Notes under the pieces: generated by a model
What the model saw: the letters and a program-made list of their open reading frames with translations, nothing else
What the model was told of the DNA's origin: nothing
Databases searched by the model: none
In this document: one piece after another, positions 37,633 to 48,086 of the stretch
Layout of the letters: each line of letters starts with the position of its first letter
Numbering within the stretch: the stretch's first letter is position 1
Position numbers and translations under genes: made by a program
Source: Narcine bancroftii
Taxonomy: Eukaryota
Reading direction: 5' to 3'
Assembly: GCF_036971445.1 (NCBI RefSeq)
Contig: NC_091471.1
Span: 100,130,001 to 100,194,000, forward strand
DNA length: 64,000 bases

Positions 37633-37943
37633 CAGTAGTTCTCAACCTGTGATTAGTAAGGGATTACTTAAGGTGTTATGTGGGTGGAAAGAAAAAGTTT
37701 GAAAACCACTGTTTTAATCATACCAAATTGACTCATTATGTGCACGGTTTCGTAACTCCAAAGGAAACAGGTCAATGACAATTTTTATCAAGCAAAATAA
37801 TTCAGTTACAATTGGGCTAAGAGCAGTGATTCTCAACCTTCCCTTCCCACTCACATGCCACCTTAAGCCATCCCACAGAGCATCCACCGCTGGCATAGGG
37901 ATTAATTAAAGTGGTGTGTGAGTGGAAAGGTAGAGAACCACTG
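37633..37943. mobile_element. hAT-family MITE
   Basis: TIRs CAGTAGTTCTCAACCT / AGGTAGAGAACCACTG and a perfect 8-bp TSD CTGTAGAT at 37625-37632 and 37944-37951. Confidence 0.92.
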
Positions 37944-38273
37944 CTGTAGATGGAAATGTAGAATTTGAATTTGAAAATACTGATAGGTTCCAGGACCTTT
38001 TATGATAAGAAAATTATAATTTATTACTGGTAACTTCAATTTTGCTGCCTGAGGTGTATTTACACGTTAGCTCATTGCAGAACTCTTGTCATTTTTGGTT
38101 TTCTGAATTATATTATAGTAATCCAATGTTTTCAATTGTAGACATGTTTAAGATTGGCTTATTTCTTTATACTTGGTTAATCTTTTATAAAATGCAATAA
38201 CATTTAATTTGTTATGCAAATATTAAGGCAAACAGAGCTGGATAACATTTATTTGTCACTATTATTACTGCAG

Positions 38274-38479
38274 CATACCAATGTGCATTTTACTCAATCA
38301 TCTTTTGGATCAGCTGGCTAAGAAATATCCAGATGTAAAATTCATGAAGGCTATTGCAAACATCTGTATTCCTAACTACCCAGACAAATGTTTGCCAACA
38401 ATATTTGTGTATTTTGAGGGTCAAATGAAGGCAAAGTTCATTGGATTGGAATGTGGAACTCAAGATATGAAGTCAGAAG
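38274..38479 (+). CDS. PDCL2: PDCL2 coding exon 5
   Basis: cag|..|gtaaag. Encodes IPMCILLNHLLDQLAKKYPDVKFMKAIANICIPNYPDKCLPTIFVYFEGQMKAKFIGLECGTQDMKSE; 206 nt. Confidence 0.95.
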
Positions 38480-38554
38480 GTAAAGAGAGCTAATCTTGAG
38501 CAGTAGTTTAAACATTTCTGTACCTTCTACTTAATTAAAGAATGTAAGGTAAGA

Positions 38555-38795
38555 TCAATCTACTGGAGGAGTTCAGCAAATCAAGCAGTATCAGTGGAAG
38601 AGAAAGAATGGAAAAATGTTCCAGGCCAGAACCCTTCATCATAAATCAGAAATCTCTCCTTTACACTCTCAGTCCTGATGAATGGTTCCAGCCCACAACT
38701 CTGACCAATCTTTTTACCTTGCTAATGATACTTATCTGCTGAGTTCCTCCAGCAGATTATGTTTTACAGATTCCAGCATCTGCAGTCTCCTATGT
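38555..38795. mobile_element. Penelope-type inverted terminal-repeat remnant
   Basis: CTGGAGGAGTTCAGCA / TGCTGAGTTCCTCCAG arms, CTTCATCA / CTGATGAA, and GATTCCAGCATCTGCAGT end motif. Confidence 0.6.
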
Positions 38796-41394
38796 GTCTC
38801 CTTTTACCTTCAACAGCATTTCTTTTCCTCGTCCTTTGTTTGTCTCCCTACTTCTCCTGAAACAATAATTCCTTGTTAAGAATATTGTTTCACTGATAGT
38901 AATAATTTTCTAGTTGATTTTTTAATGCAGAAACATCCATTGTAAGTGTTGATAAAACTGTTTAATCCTCTATATTATGCATGCACACATGTAAACGCTT
39001 ATGCATTCAACTACACATTCCCACCTGTACCTTATTCAAGTGCATACTTTTTATGTAAAACAATGAAGAGCTTTGCCCATACCTTGCTGTCAAATAGGAC
39101 CATAATTTTTCACAAGTGAAGAATCATAGAAACTTTGAGAATGTAATTGTGACTGGGTTAGCTCTTTGAACAAGCAGTCATCTCACTTTCTCAGTCTTCG
39201 TTTTAATGTCAGAAATATCCCATCAACATCTGTCCAACTTTTTAAGATTATATACGGAGTCAATTTCAAAATCTTTTCAGGGATTTTCGATCTCAACTTT
39301 TCTCTGAGTAAAAATAAAGTTTTCCTTATCTTTCCTCTAGATCTTTTGCCACTCATTTTAAATCAATGATTTCTTCTGACTGAAACACTCATTCACCAGG
39401 GAAGTGCTATTCGCTTTATAATGACCAACTCATGTTCTTTCATTCTTTATTTGGTTACCTCTAAATCTTTGTTTCAAGAAGATCCACCTTATTTTTCCTA
39501 ACCACTCCTAACTGGAATTTTCAATTCTTGATAATACTTGTAAAAGCCCTCTCTCTAGCCCTTTTAAGGCCTTTCTTAAATCTTTTAAAATCATGTCATT
39601 TCCAATATATTTCTTTCAAAGTACATTACTTTACAGTGTAACACTTTCTGATGGACTTCTGTTACTCTCTCTAAATGGCTAATGTGATTCTGGAGGCCTT
39701 ATCACAAATTGTATCTTCCATTCTTTAATCATCTGAAAACTTTGCATTGCTTTTTCCTTCACATGTATCTTTTACCACTAAAATAAGCAATGAAATTAAA
39801 ATTAACCCTAAGGAAACACCAGTGTATATTCATTTGAAAATTCCTGAAGTACTGAAATTTGTTGATTTATGGATGTGTTATTACACTACGATGGTGGGAA
39901 ATGAATTAAAGTTGTAAATTTTACATTTTGAATAAGAGTGTAGTGAATTGTAGATTTTCCAAACAAATATTAGTATTTCTGTTCTTAAAGAAATAAGTCT
40001 TAAGTCAACTAACCCCTAGAGATATTTCCCTTATCCTATCAAACAACACTGGCAGTTGGGTGCTATTTCTCATGTGTGGATCTTTATGGTGCTTGTAGTC
40101 AGAAACCTAAAGGAGGCCAATCCCATGAGAACTCACCGCATGCCACAGTACCTTACTATTGCCTTCTGAGGCATATGACTTGAAGGAATTTTGAGGGGTA
40201 GCAAAGAAGCAGAAAAGCTCACATCCTGAAAGAAGACAACATGTGCCATTCCCCTTGCAGCACAGAAACTTGATGAGCTAGGATTTATCTGCAAGAAGAC
40301 AGATGACAGAAAATGAGAGATGGCTTGACAGCCTCTATTTGTTCCATCAAGGTAGACATCTGCTTCTCCAATGTTGATATGATTCACTTTGACTTGAAAC
40401 ACAAGCTAAAGTGGAAACAGCCATTTTTTGAATGTCTAGCAAAACTGTAGACTGTGAAAACAGACTGCTTTTTCACATGAAGCCTGCAGAATTCCTGAAA
40501 TGGCTCCGCTCTCCAAAATAAACTACTGATAGATTGGAAATTGATTCTTCCACAAAGTCTACCATGGAAGGGAAATTACACAATACATCACTGTTTACTC
40601 GTGTAAGAACTTTGCCTTTCCTTGCAGCACCCCTGAGGTTTACACCACTGGCTATTCAACAAATGAGTTTGAAAAGGACTTTTGGATTCCTCAAAATGCC
40701 TCCTAGACTGTCCTTAATACCAGTACCTGCTTCCTCTCACAAATCCTATAGTGTATGTACTGTTTCATGCAGATACCTCTATATCCCAAGGGCAGTCACG
40801 GCACCAGTCTCTCAGCTGCTCAAGAGGAACAATGAAGTGTGCAGCTGTGGTTGTAAAAGAGTCGATGAGCAATAAAGAGGCAGAAATAATCAATAATGTG
40901 AGGAATGAGATGCTGCATATATTAAAATGTGAATGAGACTATTATTTTGTGAAGACTTGAATTTGTTGGTGCTCCTAGATTCTGGAATCTACAGTATGTT
41001 GCTTGTATTATCCACACCCACTCTCTGCTATTGCAGTTTGCTCTGCCAAATATTATTGCTGTATCAGCTCATAACTTTGTAACTATATCTGTTGTAACCT
41101 TGCTTGAAAAAAACCTAGCTGCACAATTCACTTGAAAAAGCCTGCATCTCAGTTTTAGGTAATGTGCTTTATCTTTAAACACTGGTGGGGCCTACTGTAA
41201 GTTTTGTGCCTCAATGAGAAGGTCGTCTCTTGAGCTGACACTGCTCGGTGAGCAGTGAAAAGAAGGCACGACCAGCAAATATACCTGATAATCCAATTCA
41301 CCTCTTGCCACCTCATCAGGAAAGCTTGTGGGATGAATAGGTGTTAAGATAAGCTCCTGTAATCCACATAATGATGTTCAGGATTGTAGGTGAG

Positions 41395-44020
41395 TGTGGT
41401 GGTGTGGTGTAATCAATGACCATTCCCAGACATGAAGCAGGTAGTCAAAGGCTTTATTGATCAGAAGATCCAGACATGCCTCTACATGCTGCTGGCTCAC
41501 GTCCAAGGCAGGTATGAGGGAGGAGATTAGAGATCTCGGCCTTTATTAGGAGATCTTATCTTTGGCTTGGCTTCGCGGACGAAGATTTATGGAGGGGGTA
41601 AAAGTCCACGTCAGCTGCAGGCTCGTTTGTGGCTGACAAGTCCGATGCGGGACAGGCAGACACGGTTGCAGCGGTTGCAGGGGAAAATTGGTTGGTTGGG
41701 GTTGGGTGTTGGGTTTTTCCTCCTTTGCCTTTTGTCAGTGAGGTGGGCTCTGCGGTCTTCTTCAAAGGAGGTTGCTGCCCGCCAAACTGTGAGGCGCCAA
41801 GATGCACGGTTTGAGGTGATATCAGACCACTGGCGGTGGTCAATGTGGCAGGCACCAAGAGATTTCTTTAGGCAGTCCTTGTACCTTTTCTTTGGTGCAC
41901 CTCTGTCACGGTGGCCAGTGGAGAGCTCGCCATATAACACGATCTTGGGAAGGCGATGGTCCTCCATTCTGGAGACATGACCCACCCAGCGCAGCTGGAT
42001 CTTCAGCAGCGTGGACTCGATGCTGTCGACCTCTGCCATCTCGAGTACTTCGACGTTAGGGATGAAAGCGCTCCAATGGATGTTGAGGATGGAGCGGAGA
42101 CAACGCTGGTGGAAGCGTTCTAGGAGCCGTAGGTGATGCCGGTAGAGGACCCATGATTCGGAGCCGAACAGGAGTGTGGGTATGACAATGGCTCTGTATA
42201 CGCTTATCTTTGTGAGGTTTTTCAGTTGGTTGTTTTTCTAGACTCTTTTGTGTAGTCTTCCAAAGGCGCTATTTGCCTTGGTGAGTCTGTTGTCTATCTC
42301 ATTGTCGATCCTTGCATCTGATGAAATTGTGCAGCCGAGATAGGTAAACTGGTTGACTGTTTTGAGTTTTGTGTGCCCGATGGAGATGTGGGGGGGCTGG
42401 TAGTCCCCTTATGGGGAAGGGCTAATGGTACAGGTCAGGCTAGCCTGCCGAGCCCAGTGAGGACATGCCCAGACATGCCCGCAGTATCGTGTTCCACCAC
42501 ATTCACTCCTCCTTTTTTTGAATGAAGCCTGGCAGGGTGATGCAGTGCAATGTCCATCGGCACAGTTCTTGTAGTCCATACAGTTCAAAAGGTACAGCCA
42601 CTCCAGCCATTTTATTCAGCGCTGAGATCTCTGATGTACTGCTGGCTGTATCGTTGGTTCCAGCAGAATGGTGGCTTGTTTGACCGGTTGGGTGTTGAAA
42701 GGCTGAACAGTATCTATGTGTACTGGGTCAGTAGGGAGTGGGGAAATTTTTTGTAACAGTGTGGGGGGGGGGGGTGGGGGGAGAAGGAAACACTCCAGTT
42801 GGAAGGGGAAAACACTCGGGGGACTGTGTCGGAAGTGGGATCACTACTTAATTGGTCAGGGTGATTCCTGTGGCCAAATCGTCACTGCCTGGGGGTATCA
42901 GGTGCACCTCCTATGCCGGGCCCCCCACTTGCACCTGGTCCCAGATACTGGGGATTCGTCTGCAGGAGGAGCACTTCCTCAACCAGTGGGTCTGCCTTAT
43001 GCATTCTCTTCCGGAGAAGCACTGGCCCTGGGGTCGTCAGGTAGACTGGCAGCGTGGTTCTCGAAGCCGACGTCCAAGGGAAGGAGAACAATTTTTTATG
43101 GGATGTTCCATTAGTTGGTGTGCAAAGTAGGGACCTGGTGGCATGCAGTGCTTCTGGAAGGATCTCTTGCCACTGGAATACGGGCATTCCTTTCAACTTG
43201 AGGGCCAAAAGGACTGCCTTCCAGATTGTACCATTCTCCCTCTCCACCTGCTTGTTCCCGTGAGAGTTGTACCTGGTGGTTCTGCTTGTAACTATGCCCC
43301 TGGAAATTAAGTATTGCCGCAACTCCTCACTCATGAAGGTGGATCCCTGATTGCGATGAACATAACTGGGGTATCCGAACAGAATGAATACTGTGCTGAG
43401 TACGTTAATGACCGTGGATGTGGTCATGTCAGGGCAGATGATGGCAAATGGGAAACGTGAGTACTCATCCATGATGCTCAGGAAGTAGATGTTCCAATTC
43501 GTGGACGGGAGCGCCCCCTTGAAGTGCATGCTGAGACGTTCGAAGGGGTGAGTGGCCTTGATGAGTTAGGCTCTCTCTGGTCTGTAAAATTGCGGCTCGC
43601 ATTCCACACAGAATGGGCAATTGCGAGTGAGCTCCCTGACTTCCTCCACTGAGTAGGGGAGGTTACAGGCTCTCACAAAATGGTAGAGCCTTGTGAATCC
43701 AGATGGTGGATGCTATCAAGGAGGGCATGGAGGTGTTCAACTTGCATCCTGGCGCAGGTTCCCCTGGACAGGGCATCGGGTGGCTCATTGAGCTTGCCCG
43801 GCTGATACAAGATCTCATAATTATAGGTAGACAGCTCAAATCTCCACCTCATTATCTTGTAATTTTTGATTTTACTCTGCTGTTTATTGTTAAACATAAA
43901 AGCAACGGTACTCTGGACAATCAGCAGGGTGAATGGTCTGCGGCCAATGGCGCAAGTCCTCCACTATAGCTTGTGCCTTTTTCTCAATGGTGGAGTGACT
44001 GCATTTGGGGCCTTGGAGGG
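41395..44020 (-). mobile_element. Gypsy 3' portion A (RNase H end, integrase, PPT, 3' LTR split by RTE)
   Basis: LTR 41395-42501 with TGTGGTGG..CCACCACA termini; PPT AAAAAGGAGGAGTGAA; integrase IMDEYSRF..QVERENG. Confidence 0.85.
41560..42405 (-). mobile_element. RTE LINE 3' fragment, same family as 13782-15971
   Basis: Near-identical to 13795-14642; short flanking repeat CTTAT. Confidence 0.93.
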
Positions 44021-45210
44021 TGTAATGTGACAGAGAGCACTCAAGACCAGAGAGAGTACAACACACTTTTATTCAATAAGAATGGCACACATGGTCTGTG
44101 GACTGAACTGGGGTTTTGGTGGGGATCCACAATTTACGTCGAGATATGCAGAAGGCAGAGTCAGGAGCCAGTCCTTAGAGCATTGCTCCAGTCGTGAGTT
44201 CCCAGTTCACTACATTCACCCCTTCATTTTGAATGAAGCCTGCGGGTGAAAACAGAGAACATTGGATAGTCAAATTTTTTTTTACAATATTTACAAGTTC
44301 AACCTGTGAGGAGGTCTGGAAATGTGGGCAGAGCGCCGCAGTGTCAGATGGCCTTGGACTTCCTGACCCTCCTGTGGTTCCAGGACCTTGGGGTGTGGGT
44401 GATCTGGCTCTGATTGAGGGGGTGGCTGGAGCCACTTCCTGCGACAGCTCATCTGAGCCCCTTGGCTTTTCTCCGGAAACCATGCCTAGGTCAGAATCCT
44501 GGCCCCCTTGAGATGATGAACTCTCAGTTCTGGCAGGTTCCAGGTCCCTGATCGAGACAGTGTCCTCCCTTCAATCTGGATATGCCACGTAGGCATAAGT
44601 GGGGTTGGCATGGAGTAGGTGCACCTTCTCAACCAGGAGATCGGATTTGTTCCTCATCACATGCTTTCAGAGCAGCACTGGACCTGGTGCTGTAAGCCAT
44701 GCAGGGAGGGTTGTCCCTGACATTGACTTTCTTTCGAAAGAAAACGTTAGCACGTGAGGAGTCACATTGCTCGCAGTGCCAAGTAGTGAACTAATGGAGT
44801 GGAGCGCCAAGGGTAGGACTTCCTGTCAGCATGGGTCTGGAAGTCCTTTGGACCAGAGGACAAATTTTATGGCCTTCCAAGCTGTAGTGTTCTCTTTCTC
44901 AACCTGTCCATTCCCCCGGGGGTTGTAACTAATCATCCTGCTGGATACAATGCCTTTCAACAGCAGAAACTGTTGTAGCTCTTCGTTCATAAATGATGAG
45001 CCCCAGTTGCTATGGATATAGCCAGGATATCCGAACAGGGCAAAAATAGGGTCTAGGGCCTTAGTGACGGACGGCACGGATTTGTCTGGGCAGGGAATAG
45101 CGAACAGGAAATGAGAGTACATGTCAATGACAGTGAGAAAGTACACATTCCCATTCGAGGAGGGGAGGGGTCTCTTGAAATTAATACTGAGACATTCAAA
45201 GGGCCTGGAT
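44021..45210 (-). mobile_element. Gypsy 3' portion B (integrase, PPT, 3' LTR)
   Basis: LTR 44021-44214 (TGTA..TACA); PPT GAAGGGGTGAA; integrase VIDMYSHF..GNGQVEKEN. Confidence 0.85.
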
Positions 45211-45254
45211 AGACAGCAAATGGCAACAGAATTTTAACACCTTTCATTCTGAAC

Positions 45255-46370
45255 TGTAATATGTGGAAGAGGATCAGAATACTCTAGGGTCACTTTTTAA
45301 AGTGACACAAGAAGTCAAAACCCAGCAAAACTGGAGCACATAAATTCTTAAGTACATTGTAGTGCAAATATAAGCTCTCATCACTGGAAGGAGAACAAAC
45401 GCTTTTATTAGCTTATAATTATGGGTAGGGTTTCACAGTAGTCTTTGGAAGGGTTCTGGGTTTAGGCAGGAAACCAGAGTTATATGTGAGCAGATGGTAG
45501 TGGAGCCAGCCACCAGCACAGCACACTACCAGTTCACTGCATTCACCCTTTCCTGCAGAATTTAGGGTCTGTGAATGATGACTGAGAATGTGGGTTCAGA
45601 AAAAGGAAGTTGAAAAATTTACAGTTATTTACAAATTTACAGATTTAAGCGGTCTGGGGGTCTGGAGATCCTGGTGGAACGCCTTAGCACTGGAGGGCCT
45701 TGGACTGCTTGGGTCTCCTGGTCCCCTCGTGAGGGAGGAGAGGCAGGCTGGGTCTCTGGGTTATCAGTGGAGGAGGATGCACTTTCCTCCTGAACCGAAT
45801 CCCCTGAGGCCCTGACTGGGGGTGGCGAGAATGAGCTCCGTGGCTCGCAGGGCAACATGAGGCAATGGTTCCCTCTGTTCCAGTGGGTGCCAGGTCCCTG
45901 ATGGAGACAGTGTCCTCTCTGCCATATGGGTACTCCACATATATGTATGTGGGATTGGCATGGAGCAGTTTCGTCCTTTCCACCAGGGGGTCGGTCTTGC
46001 TTCTCCTCACGTGCTTTCTGAGGACTGGGCTAGGAGTGGTGTGCCAGTTTGGGAGTGTAGTTCCAGAAGCCAACCTTCTTTTAAAATTCAATAAGACCTC
46101 GTGAGGAGTAGCATTGGCCATGGTACATAGTAACGACCAGATGGAATGGAACACCGTAGGGAGAACTTCTGGCCAGTGTGAGCCTGGAGGGCCTTTTGAC
46201 TTCAGGGCCAGTTTTACAGCCTTCCAGACCATGGTGTTCGCCTTTACAACCTGCCCATTCCCCCAGGGGTTGTAGCTAGTAGTCCTGCTGGATGCGATGC
46301 CCCTCGGCAGTAGGTACTGACGTAGCTCGTCACTCATAAAGGTTGAGCCCTGGTGACTACCAAGGATTAA
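45255..46370 (-). mobile_element. Gypsy 3' portion C (integrase C-half, PPT, 3' LTR)
   Basis: LTR ~45255-45541; PPT GGAAAGGGTGAA; integrase GNGQV..REDTVSIRDLAP; ends LRRSTRISRPPDRLNL. Confidence 0.82.
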
Positions 46371-46439
46371 CATTCACCATGAATGTCCTTACAATTTCCT
46401 GTACTATTTCCCTCACATTTTCCTCCACAACATAACTGT

Positions 46440-47860
46440 CAGGAAACTGAAAATCTGTGCCAACCAACTAGCCGGAGTGTTCACAGATATTTTCAACATC
46501 TCATTGCTGCAGTCAGAGGTTCCCACCTGCTTCAAAAGGGCATCAATCATCCCAGTGCCCAAGAAGAGTAGTGGGAGCTGCCTCAATGACTATTGCCCAG
46601 CAGCACTAACATCTAATGTGATGAAATGCTTTAAGAGGTTATTCATGGCTAGAATTAGCATGTATCTAAGCAAAGGACTGGACCCATTGCAATTCACCTA
46701 ACATCACAATTGTTCTACAGCAGACACACTATCACTAGCTCTCCACTCAGCTCTGGATCACCTCGAAAACTGCAACTCGTACTTAAGCTTCTCTTCATAG
46801 ATTACAGCTCAGCCTTCATCTCCATTATTCCCTCAGTGCTGGTTAACCCTGGGCTTCTGCACCCATCTCCACATCTGGATCCTTAACTTCCTCATTAGAA
46901 AACCACAGTCAGTATAAATTGGAAATGCCTACTCCCCACGATCAACACAGACACCTCAAGAATGTATGATTAGCCCATTGCTCTACTCACTATACACCCA
47001 TGACTGGGTGGCCAGGCCCAATTCCAATACTATATTCAGATTTGCCAACGACACCACAGTTGTCGGCAGAATCACAAACAGCAATGAGGAAGTGTACAGG
47101 AGGGAGATAGATCAACTTGTTGAGTGGTGTCACACTAACAATCTTGCACTCAACATTAGCAAAACCAAGGAGATGATTGTGGACTTCAGGAGAAAGTGAA
47201 GAGAACGCAAACCAGTCCTCATCGAGAGCTCAATAATGGAGAAGGTCAAGAACTTAAAATTCCTGGGTGTCAACATCTGAGGATCTGTCCTGGAGTCACC
47301 ATGTTGATGCAATCATGAAGAAGGCTTGCAAGCAGATATACCTTGTGAGATGTTTGAGGAGATTTGGTACATCACCGAAGACTCTCGAAAATTTCTACAT
47401 GTGTACCATGGAGAACATTTTGGCTTGTTGTATCATTGTCTGGTATAGAGTGCCAATGCTTAAGACAAGAAAAACTCCAGAGGGTTGTTAACTCGGCCTG
47501 CAACATCATGGACACCAGACTTCACTCCATTGAGGACATCTACTGTATAAGAGGCAGTATCTTATGAAAGCAGCCTCTATCCGCAATGACCTCCACCACC
47601 CAGACCATGCCTTCTTCACTCTGCTACCATCGTAAAAATTATATACGAGTCTGAAGGTGAGCACTCAAATAGACTTCTTCTTCCCCACTCCCATCAGATT
47701 CCTGAATGATCAATGAATCAAAGACGGTGTGTTACTTTGGCTTCTCGTGCACTATTTTCATTTATTTATTTTATGGTGGTTTATGTGAGTGTTTGCTCTA
47801 TGATTCTGCTGCAAAACAAATTTTGTGACTTGTTCATGACAATAAATTCAGATTCTGAAT
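46440..47860 (+). mobile_element. Rex-Babar/L2-like LINE 3' part
   Basis: [58 protein letters not shown]; tail AATAAATTCAGATTCTGA. Confidence 0.85.
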
Positions 47861-48086
47861 TCTCCATTCCCTTCTCAAAAAGGTTACTGGTACCTCATCT
47901 TTCAGTTCTCCAGCTTTCACTTTCAGCAGATTCTCCATTTCCAATCCATTATTCTCCATTGTTTGTTTCACCTCCAGACGAGATTGGATTATTTTTTCCT
48001 CATTGTCATTTTAGAATCTCAATGGGATCATTTTTATTTCCATCATCCTCAATGTTAATAGCATCAACAACATTGCACTCAGTCAC

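Noticed and set aside
40133-40936. Short ORFs in non-repetitive-looking intron 5 sequence
   Set aside because: No recognisable domains or consistent splice structure.
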